A stretch of DNA of 64,000 nucleotides from NCBI GenBank assembly GCA_964423545.1, contig CAYRFV010000001.1, positions 4,090-68,089 on the forward strand, written 5' to 3'. Every line of letters begins with the position of its first letter. Positions within the stretch are counted from its first letter, which is position 1. Below, one piece after another: positions 29,734 to 37,824 of the stretch. The notes under the pieces were generated by a model that saw nothing but the letters and a program-made list of their open reading frames with translations, was not told the origin of the DNA and did not search any database. Both the position numbers and the translations under genes were made by a program. This stretch comes from an uncultured Anaerolineales bacterium (GTDB lineage: Bacteria > Chloroflexota > Anaerolineae > CG2-30-64-16).

Positions 29734-31131
29734 ATGAATCCCGAACTGCTCTCCCGCCTGCAGTTCGCCCTCACAGCCAGCTTTCACTTCATCTACCCGC
29801 CGATTTCGATGGGGCTGGGACTGTTCCTGGTGCTGATCGGTGTGATCTATGTCCGCACCGGGGATCCGAAGTGGCGTCAGCTTTCGTTCTTCTGGGTGAA
29901 GGTCTACGGCTTGGTGTTCGCCATGGGGGTGGCCACCGGCATCGTCCAGGAGTTCGAATTCGGCACCAACTGGGCCGACTACTCGCGTTTCGTCGGCAAC
30001 ATCTTCGGCAGCCTGCTGGCGGCGGAAGGGATCTTCGCCTTCTTTCTCGAAGGTGGATTCCTGGGGCTGATGCTCTTCGGCGGCAATCGACTGGGGCCGC
30101 GCATGTGGCTGCTTGCCACGTTCCTGGTGGTCTTCGGCGCGCATTTCAGTGCCCTATGGATCATCATGGCCAACTCGTGGATGCAGACGCCGGCAGGGTA
30201 CGAGTTGGCGCAGACCCCAACAGGCACGCTCGCCTTTATGACAAGCTTTCGAGAGGTCGTCTTCACGCCATCGTTCATGCCGCGCATCCTGCACACCTGG
30301 GTGGCCTCATGGATGGTGGGCGCTTCCTTCGTGCTCAGTGTCAGCGCGTTCTATGTGCTAAAGGGCCGATTCGTGGCATTGGGACAGGCAGCGTTCAAAG
30401 TGGCTCTGCCAGTCTTCGTCGTGTTCAGCATACTGCAGGTGCCCGCCTTCGGCGCCATGCAGGCGGTTGCTGTGACCGACTCCCAGCCAGTCAAGCTTTC
30501 GGCAATGGAGGGGCTGTGGAACAGCCAGGCCTGTGCGCCCATGTTCATCATGGGGTGGGTCAACGAGACCGCCCAGACGACGACAGGCATCAGCATCCCC
30601 TGTCTGTTAAGTTTCCTGGCCTATAACGATATCAACGCAACCGTACAGGGCCTCAATGCCTTTCCCGCGGACACCTGGGCGCCCGTCAATCTGACCTTCC
30701 AGGTCTATCACCTCATGATCAACCTGGGCGGGCTGTTTATCGCGATCGGGGCGCTCGGAGTGCTCTTCGCGGTGTGGCGGCAGCGCATCTGGCGCACGCG
30801 GTGGGTGCTCCGGCTCTTCATCTTCAGCATTGTGCTTACCGAGCTGGCAACCCTGGCGGGCTGGTGGAGCGCAGAGTTCGGGCGGCAGCCATGGATTGTC
30901 TGGAATCTGCTGCGCACGGCTGATGCGGTCTCGCCCAACCTGAGCGGCGTCCAGGTCTTCCTGTCCGTGCTGATGTTCGTAGCGCTCTACGCACTCCTCT
31001 TCGTGCTGTTCATCTATCTGTTGAATGAGAAGATCCAGCACGGACCGGAGCCGCTGGCGGAAGACGATGCCGCCGTGTCGTCGCTGCCGGACACGTTCAA
31101 GAGCGTCTTCGGCCGTCGCGCACGCGCCTGA
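29734..31131 (+). CDS. cydA: cytochrome bd ubiquinol oxidase subunit I
   Basis: ATG 29734 follows AAGGAG. The MNPELLSRLQFALTASFHFIYPPISMGLG N-terminus is typical of CydA. 465 aa. Confidence 0.9.
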   Translation: MNPELLSRLQFALTASFHFIYPPISMGLGLFLVLIGVIYVRTGDPKWRQLSFFWVKVYGLVFAMGVATGIVQEFEFGTNWADYSRFVGNIFGSLLAAEGIFAFFLEGGFLGLMLFGGNRLGPRMWLLATFLVVFGAHFSALWIIMANSWMQTPAGYELAQTPTGTLAFMTSFREVVFTPSFMPRILHTWVASWMVGASFVLSVSAFYVLKGRFVALGQAAFKVALPVFVVFSILQVPAFGAMQAVAVTDSQPVKLSAMEGLWNSQACAPMFIMGWVNETAQTTTGISIPCLLSFLAYNDINATVQGLNAFPADTWAPVNLTFQVYHLMINLGGLFIAIGALGVLFAVWRQRIWRTRWVLRLFIFSIVLTELATLAGWWSAEFGRQPWIVWNLLRTADAVSPNLSGVQVFLSVLMFVALYALLFVLFIYLLNEKIQHGPEPLAEDDAAVSSLPDTFKSVFGRRARA

Positions 31132-31259
31132 CACGCTCCCATGTCGCTTGCATGCGTGGCTTACGGGGGACACGGTCCTTACGCTTCGAGCGCTGAGCCT
31201 GAAGAAGCGCTGTCGAGACGCAGAGGTTGTGAACGGCGCTGTTGCGCCAGGGAGGCAAC

Positions 31260-32282
31260 ATGATGTGGCTCAACGTGGTTTGGTTTGTGCTGTTTGTCGT
31301 GATCATCGCCGGCTACCTGATCATGGACGGCTTCGACCTCGGCGTAGGGATCCTTCACCCGTTCCTGGCGAAGAAGGACGATGAACGCCGCATCTCCCTT
31401 AACAGCATCGGTCCGGTCTGGGACGGCAATGAGGTGTGGTTGGTATTGGGCGGCGGTGCGCTCTTCGCCGCTTTCCCGATGGTCTACGCCTCGCTGTTCT
31501 CCGGCTTCTACGCGGCGATGATGCTGGTGCTGTTGGTGCTGATCCTGCGCACGGTGGCGATCGAGTTTCGCAGTAAACGCCCGGCTCCACGGTGGCGCGC
31601 CGCCTGGGATTGGATCTTCTTCGCTTCATCGTTGGGCATCGCACTGTTGTTGGGCGTAGCGTTCGGCAACATCATGCAAGGAGTGCTGCTCGACGCTCAG
31701 GGCAACATTGGGGGCACCCTCCTCGATCTGCTGAACCCCTACGCCTTGCTGGTCGGCGTCACAACGAGCTTCATGCTGGCGACACATGGCGCAATCTATC
31801 TGAGCATGAAGACGGAAGGTGAGCTGCTGGCGCGCGCCAAGGCATGGATTCCCCGGCTGATGATCGTCTTCTTTGTCCTCAACACGGCGTTGGTCTTCTG
31901 GACCGTCTTGGGGCGCGACGCCATCGCCGCCCGCTATCTGCAGCAGCCCCTGCTGGGGGTGTTTCCAGCGGGAGCCCTGATCGCCGTGATCGCCGCCTGG
32001 CTGATGGTGCGCAGGGGCCGCTATCTTGTCGCCTTCCTCCTGTCGGCCGCCATGATCGCCGGGCTGCTCTTCTCAGCGGCCATCGGGCTGTACCCCAACC
32101 TGCTGATCTCATCGATCGATGCCCAGTACAACCTGACCATCTTCAACGCCGCATCGCAGCCCAACACGCTGACGGTGATGTTGATCATCGCCCTGCTCGG
32201 CTTGCCGTTCGTGCTGCTGTATACTGCAGGCGTCTACTACATCTTTCGCGGCAAAGTGCAGATCAACTCGCAGAGCTACTGA
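31260..32282 (+). CDS. cydB: cytochrome bd ubiquinol oxidase subunit II
   Basis: ATG 31260 follows GGGAGG. The MMWLNVVWFVLFVVIIAGYLIMDGFDLGVGIL N-terminus is typical of CydB. Confidence 0.85.
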   Translation: MMWLNVVWFVLFVVIIAGYLIMDGFDLGVGILHPFLAKKDDERRISLNSIGPVWDGNEVWLVLGGGALFAAFPMVYASLFSGFYAAMMLVLLVLILRTVAIEFRSKRPAPRWRAAWDWIFFASSLGIALLLGVAFGNIMQGVLLDAQGNIGGTLLDLLNPYALLVGVTTSFMLATHGAIYLSMKTEGELLARAKAWIPRLMIVFFVLNTALVFWTVLGRDAIAARYLQQPLLGVFPAGALIAVIAAWLMVRRGRYLVAFLLSAAMIAGLLFSAAIGLYPNLLISSIDAQYNLTIFNAASQPNTLTVMLIIALLGLPFVLLYTAGVYYIFRGKVQINSQSY

Positions 32283-34085
32283 TTGTCGCTCGAAAAGCGT
32301 CTATTCAGGCGAAATCGTCCGGCGCTCACGCTGCTTGTTCTGACCGTGGGCGCCGGCTTTTTCGCGGGAGCCCTGCTGGTCGTCCAGGCCGTCCTGCTGA
32401 GCAGCGTCGTCCAGCGCGTCTTTCGCGTGGGTCAAACCCTGGGCCAGGTGCTGCCAGTGTTCGGCCTGATGTTGGGGCTGCTGCTCGTGCGCAGCAGCCT
32501 GATCTGGGCGCAGGATGTATTGGCGCAAAGGTCGGCCAGCCGTATCAAGACGGACCTGCGCCGGCAGCTGATCGCTCACCTCTACGCGCTGGGGCCGGCC
32601 TACACACGGTCGGAGCGCAGTGGCGAGTGGGTCAATACAGCCGTCCAGGGCGTCGAAGCGCTCGATGACTACGTGACGCAGTTTCTGCCAGCGCGCTATC
32701 TGGCGGGCCTGCTGTCTGTCTTCGTCCTCCTGACTGTCTTCCTGCTCGATCCCTGGACCGCGTTGGTGTTGCTGTTCGCCGGGCCCATGCTGATCCTGTT
32801 GTTAGCGCTGATCGGCGGTCGCGCCAGGGCAATCACGCAGCGCCGCTTCGCAGAGCTGAGCTGGATGAGCGCGTTTTTTCTCGATGTGCTGCAGGGCATC
32901 GCCACGCTCAAGATGTTCGGCCGCAGCAAGGAACAGGCTTCCAACATCGAAACGATCAGCGAGCATTATGGCAAGACGACGATGGAGGTGCTGGCCACTG
33001 CGTTTCAGACGTCGCTGGTGATGGAATGGGCGGCGACCGCCGCCACGGCGATGGTGGCGCTGGAAGCCAGCCTGCGTCTGATGAGCGGGGTGCTCCCTTT
33101 CGACCGGGCGCTGGCCGTGCTGCTCCTGACGCCGGAGTTTTTCCTGCCGCTGCGGCAGATGGCGATCAAGTACCATGCGGGTGCGACCGGAAGGGCCGCC
33201 GCAGGGCGCATCTACAGCGTTCTCGACACGGCCGCGCCGCGACATAGCCGAAGCGCCTTGCAGGCTTCTGGGCCACTCGACGAACCGGTGACCCGATGGA
33301 TGCCTTCGCTCACGCGTGCCGATATCTGCTTCAATGAAGTGGCCTTCGCATACCCGGCTCCCTTGCTGGCGGACGCCCCGGCGGATGGCAAGCGGCAGGC
33401 GCTGCAAGGGTGCTCGCTGACGATCCCGCATGGCCGGACCGTCGCCCTGGTCGGACCGACCGGTGCAGGCAAGACGACGGTGGCCCACCTGTTGCTGCGC
33501 TTTGCCGAGCCGGATGCGGGCGCAATCACGGTGGGCGGAACGCTGCTGAGCAAGATCGACCCCATCGCCTGGCGCAGACAGGTCGCATGGGCGCCGCAAC
33601 TGCCATACCTGTTCCACGGCACGGTCGCGGACAATATTCGCCTTGCGCGACCCGAGGCCAGCATGGACGAGGTGATCGCCGCGGCCTGCGCCGCCCACGT
33701 CGATCAGTTTGTCGAGACGCTGCCCGACGGCTATGACACGCCGCTGGGCGAGCAGGGCACCCGGCTGAGCGGCGGACAGCGACAGCGTCTGGCCATCGCC
33801 CGTGCGTTCCTGAAGGATGCGCCGTTCCTCATTCTGGACGAGCCCACGGCCAACCTGGATGCCCGGAGTGAGGCGCTGATTCGCGAGGCGCTCGCCCGGC
33901 TCGCATCCGGCCGCACGGTGCTGGTCATCGCCCACCGACTGGCGATGGCGTACTCTGCCGATCGGATCGTGGTGATGGACGCCGGCCGCGCCGTCGAATC
34001 GGGCAGCCACGACGAATTGATCGCCCGTAACGGTCTCTACCGCCGGTTGGTCTCGACTTACGAAGGCAAAGATGGCGTGCGCTGA
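32283..34085 (+). CDS. cydD: thiol reductant ABC exporter subunit CydD
   Basis: 600-aa TMD-NBD half transporter immediately after cydB. Contains GPTGAGKTT, LSGGQRQRLAIARA and LILDEPT. Confidence 0.8.
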   Translation: MSLEKRLFRRNRPALTLLVLTVGAGFFAGALLVVQAVLLSSVVQRVFRVGQTLGQVLPVFGLMLGLLLVRSSLIWAQDVLAQRSASRIKTDLRRQLIAHLYALGPAYTRSERSGEWVNTAVQGVEALDDYVTQFLPARYLAGLLSVFVLLTVFLLDPWTALVLLFAGPMLILLLALIGGRARAITQRRFAELSWMSAFFLDVLQGIATLKMFGRSKEQASNIETISEHYGKTTMEVLATAFQTSLVMEWAATAATAMVALEASLRLMSGVLPFDRALAVLLLTPEFFLPLRQMAIKYHAGATGRAAAGRIYSVLDTAAPRHSRSALQASGPLDEPVTRWMPSLTRADICFNEVAFAYPAPLLADAPADGKRQALQGCSLTIPHGRTVALVGPTGAGKTTVAHLLLRFAEPDAGAITVGGTLLSKIDPIAWRRQVAWAPQLPYLFHGTVADNIRLARPEASMDEVIAAACAAHVDQFVETLPDGYDTPLGEQGTRLSGGQRQRLAIARAFLKDAPFLILDEPTANLDARSEALIREALARLASGRTVLVIAHRLAMAYSADRIVVMDAGRAVESGSHDELIARNGLYRRLVSTYEGKDGVR

Positions 34086-34130
34086 CTCCCGGCAGGCGAC
34101 AGAGCAGGCTGAGGTCTAGATCTGATTGCC

Positions 34131-35795
34131 ATGGCAACGACAGTCCGTCTCCTGAAGCTGATGCTGCCCTTTCGCTGGTGGATCGTCGCCGGCGTGCTGT
34201 TGAGTTTCGCCACCACCGGGGCCAGCGTCGGGCTGATGGCTGTTTCGGCCTATCTGATTTCGAAGGCCGCCCTGGCGACGCACATGGCCGACTTGAGCGT
34301 CATGATCACAGGCGTGCGCTTCTTCGCCATCGCGCGGGCAGGTCTGCGTTATGCAGAGCGCTACGTCACCCATCTGGCAACCTTTCGCATCCTGACTCAC
34401 CTGCGCGTCTGGTTCTACCGCGCCATCGAGCCTCTGGCGCCGGCGTGCTTGATGCGTTTCCGCAGCGGTGACCTGCTGGCGCGCAGCATCGCGGACATCG
34501 AAACCCTGGAGAACTTCTATCTGCGCGTCGTCATCCCACCGCTGGCTGCGGCCCTCGTCACAGGGCTGGCCTGCTTGATCCTGGGCAGCTTCCATCCGTC
34601 CCTGGCGGTCGCACTGCTCGTCTTCATCGTCCTGACCGGCGTCATCCTGCCGCTGGCTGGTCGCTGGCTGAGCCAGCAGCCAGCGGCCGAGCTGCTTGCC
34701 GTCCGCGGCGAGCTGAGCGCTTCGCTGGTGGATGAGGTGCAGGGGATCGCTGACCTGCTGGCGCACGGCCAGGAGGAGCGTTACCAGGCCAGGATGCTCC
34801 GCTTGAACCGGCAACTCAATCGGCTGCAGGAGCAACTGGCCGCGATTCGCGGCCTGGGCGGAGGCCTGACCGCGCTGTTCACCGGGTTGGCTGGTTTGTC
34901 GGTCCTGATACTGGCGATCCCGCTGGTCACTGCCGGGCACATCGATGGGGTCTTCCTGGCGCTGCTCCCACTGACCGCCGTCGCCAGCTTCGAGGCCATT
35001 CAGCCGCTGGCCCACGCGCTTCAGCTGCTGGAGTCAAGCGAGGCGGCGGCCAGGCGCATCTTCGAGCTCATAGACAGCGAGCCGGCCGTCGTCGATCCGC
35101 CCTCGCCGGCGCCGCTGGACTGGCCGCCCGACCGGGCGCCGGCCATCGAAGTGCGCGATCTGCGGTTTCGCTATGCAGCAGACGCGCTGCCGGTCCTCGA
35201 CGGCGTGAGTTTCCATGTGCCGCCTGGCGGCTGCGCAGTGCTGTTCGGGGCCAGCGGCTCGGGCAAGTCCACGATCGTGAACCTGCTGCTGCGTTTCTGG
35301 GAGTACGACGAAGGGACGATCCGCATTGGCGGCCGTGATCTGCGCACGATTCCCGCAGATGAGGTGCGCAACCTGCTGGGAGTCGTCCCGCAACACACCC
35401 ACTTGTTCAACGCCTCGATCCGGGACAATCTCCACCTCGCGAATCCGGAGGCCAGCGAGGAGGACCTGGCGGCTGCCTGCCGGCTCGCGCAGCTGCATGA
35501 GTTCATCGAGAAGCTGCCGCAAGGCTACGACACGCCGGTGGGGGAGAATGGCTTGCTGCTCAGCGGCGGCGAGCGCCAGCGACTGGCCATTGCTCGCGCC
35601 GTCCTCAAGGGCGCGCCGATCCTGATCCTCGATGAAGCCGCCTCACACCTGGACGTCTTGACCGAGGAGCGCCTCTGGCAGGCGTTGAAGGGATTCATGG
35701 CCAGTCGCACGACGATCATCATCTCACATCGGCGCGCGCCCCTCGCTGGCGCAGATCAGACGATCAGCCTGGAGAGGGAATCTCCCCGACCCTGA
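34131..35795 (+). CDS. cydC: thiol reductant ABC exporter subunit CydC
   Basis: 554-aa TMD-NBD half transporter following cydD. Contains [23 protein letters not shown] and LILDEA. Confidence 0.8.
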   Translation: MATTVRLLKLMLPFRWWIVAGVLLSFATTGASVGLMAVSAYLISKAALATHMADLSVMITGVRFFAIARAGLRYAERYVTHLATFRILTHLRVWFYRAIEPLAPACLMRFRSGDLLARSIADIETLENFYLRVVIPPLAAALVTGLACLILGSFHPSLAVALLVFIVLTGVILPLAGRWLSQQPAAELLAVRGELSASLVDEVQGIADLLAHGQEERYQARMLRLNRQLNRLQEQLAAIRGLGGGLTALFTGLAGLSVLILAIPLVTAGHIDGVFLALLPLTAVASFEAIQPLAHALQLLESSEAAARRIFELIDSEPAVVDPPSPAPLDWPPDRAPAIEVRDLRFRYAADALPVLDGVSFHVPPGGCAVLFGASGSGKSTIVNLLLRFWEYDEGTIRIGGRDLRTIPADEVRNLLGVVPQHTHLFNASIRDNLHLANPEASEEDLAAACRLAQLHEFIEKLPQGYDTPVGENGLLLSGGERQRLAIARAVLKGAPILILDEAASHLDVLTEERLWQALKGFMASRTTIIISHRRAPLAGADQTISLERESPRP

Positions 35796-35823
35796 ACGTT
35801 GCGCGGCCCCAGTCTCCTCAGCG

Positions 35824-36192
35824 ATGCAGAGGGGCTTCCAGCAAGGGTTCGCCGGGGCGCCCGGCTACCTGGTGATGACCGCCTATCAGACCGCGAACGG
35901 TCTGGTCAATCTGGTCACCCCCACGTCTGCGGTGGTGATGGGCGGCCTGACGATCGCGCGTGCGGGCTACGGCGTTTGGTGGCGCTTCGCGTGGCCGCTG
36001 ATCGTGCTGCTGGCGATCTTGAGCATGCTGGTGCTGGCTTCAAGCGCGCTCATGCAGCAGGCCCGCACGCCGGCGCGCCAACCTCTCTCGTCTGTCTCGC
36101 AATCCTGTGGGCTGTCCTGCCGCAATCCGGAGGATTGTGTTACGATAGTATCAGGCCGCCTCCGCCAAGATGGCGCGGTCGCGGTGCAATGA
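35824..36192 (+). pseudogene. C-terminal remnant of a YfcC/ArcD-like (C4-dicarboxylate anaerobic carrier family) transporter
   Basis: VMTAYQTANGLVNLVTPTSAVVMGGLTIARAGYGVWWRF... matches the extreme C-terminus of YfcC-family proteins, which are normally ~450-500 aa. Only ~120 codons are present, directly after cydC. Confidence 0.6.
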
Positions 36193-36215
36193 TCACCACC
36201 TAGAGGAGATGCACC

Positions 36216-37217
36216 ATGGCTTTCAATCTACGCAACCGCAGCTTCGTCAAGGAGCTGGACTTCACCCCGGATGAGCTCAAATTCCTGCTCAAACTGTCCG
36301 CTGATCTCAAGGCGGCCAAGTACGGTGGGTACGAGCAGCAGCGGCTGGTGGGCAAGAACATCGCCCTGATCTTCGAGAAGAGCTCGACGCGCACGCGCTG
36401 CGCCTTCGAGGTGGCGGCGTACGACCAGGGCGCGCACGTCACCTACCTCGGGCCTGAAGGTTCGCAGATCGGCCACAAGGAATCCATGAAGGACACCGCT
36501 CGCGTGCTGGGCCGCATGTATGACGGCATCGAGTACCGTGGTTTTGCGCAGGCAACCGTCGAGACACTGGCGCAGTATGCCGGCGTGCCGGTGTGGAACG
36601 GATTGACCGACCAATTCCACCCGACGCAGGTGCTCTGCGACATCCTGACGATGATCGAGCACAGCAGCAAGCACTTGGGCGAGATCGCGTACTGCTACCT
36701 GGGCGATGCGCGCAACAACATGGGCAACTCGCTGATGGTGATGGGCTGCAAGATGGGCATGGATGTGCGCCTGTGCGCGCCGAAGGCGGTGTGGCCGGAA
36801 GAGAGCCTGGTCGCCACCTGCCGCCAGGTTGCGGCGGAAACCGGCGCGCGGCTGACCCTCACCGAGAGCGTCGATGAAGGGGTCAAGGGCGTGGACTACC
36901 TCTACACCGACGTGTGGGTCTCGATGGGCGAACCGAAGGAGGTGTGGGCTGAGCGGATCAAGCTGCTCTTGCCCTACCAGGTCAACACTGAGGCCGTCAA
37001 GAGAGCCGGCAACCCGAACGTCAAGTTCATGCATTGCCTGCCGGCCTTCCACAACCGGGAGACCAAGGTGGGCGAGGACATTTACCAGAAGACGGGATTG
37101 AATGGCCTCGAAGTCACCGAAGAGGTGTTCGAGTCAGAGCGCTCGATTGTCTTCGCCCAGGCCGAGAATCGGATGCATACGATCAAAGCGATCATGGTGG
37201 CGACGCTGGGCGACTGA
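36216..37217 (+). CDS. argF: ornithine carbamoyltransferase
   Basis: STRTR ([12 protein letters not shown]), HPTQ and HCLPAFH motifs. 333 aa. I cannot decide between the catabolic (ArcB-like) and anabolic role. Confidence 0.9.
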   Translation: MAFNLRNRSFVKELDFTPDELKFLLKLSADLKAAKYGGYEQQRLVGKNIALIFEKSSTRTRCAFEVAAYDQGAHVTYLGPEGSQIGHKESMKDTARVLGRMYDGIEYRGFAQATVETLAQYAGVPVWNGLTDQFHPTQVLCDILTMIEHSSKHLGEIAYCYLGDARNNMGNSLMVMGCKMGMDVRLCAPKAVWPEESLVATCRQVAAETGARLTLTESVDEGVKGVDYLYTDVWVSMGEPKEVWAERIKLLLPYQVNTEAVKRAGNPNVKFMHCLPAFHNRETKVGEDIYQKTGLNGLEVTEEVFESERSIVFAQAENRMHTIKAIMVATLGD

Positions 37218-37344
37218 GAACAAAGACGCTGCCACGAACGGCACGAGTCTCCTGCAACGCGCCTTCCCTCAGCGTGCAGTTCGTGGCAGGGAACTACGAC
37301 CTGGCGAGCTTCTGACCGAACACCGGTCGAACTGGGGGCGCAGT

Positions 37345-37807
37345 GCCGGAGAAAAAGAGTTGGAGCCGCTCCAGGTCGAACTCGTCAGACTTCCTGAAGC
37401 ATACGCCGTGGGTCGAGCGCGCGATCATTGCGTCCGGGATCATTCTGGTGAAGTACTGGCTGGAAGAGACCATGGAAGACCAGACCGAACGCTTCAACGA
37501 GCGCATCAACGACGATCGCAAGACCTGGAAGCTCAGCCCGATGGATCTCGAAAGCCATCGCCGCTGGTATGACTACTCGCGGGCACGCGATGCGATGTTT
37601 GCCGCCACCGACACCCCGGAGTCGCCCTGGTATGTGGTGGACTCGCATGACCAGAAGCTCGGGCGTCTGAACTGCGTCGCCCACCTCTTGAGCCTGATCC
37701 CGTATCACGAGGCGCCGCACGCGAAGGTGAAGCTGCCGGAGCGGCAGTCGAAGGGCGACTACGTGGAGCCGGACCATCCGTTCCGCTGGATTCCGGAGAA
37801 ATACTGA
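37345..37807 (+). pseudogene. polyphosphate kinase 2 remnant (internal deletion plus frame change)
   Basis: One frame reads the PPK2 N-terminal motif EKELEPLQVELVRL. From about 37390 a second frame reads the C-terminal third (GIILVKYWLEETMEDQTERFNERINDDRKTWKLSPMDL...PWYVVDSHDQKLGRLN). The Walker A / lid region in between is absent. Confidence 0.65.
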
Positions 37808-37824
37808 CAAGGAGGGAACCGACC

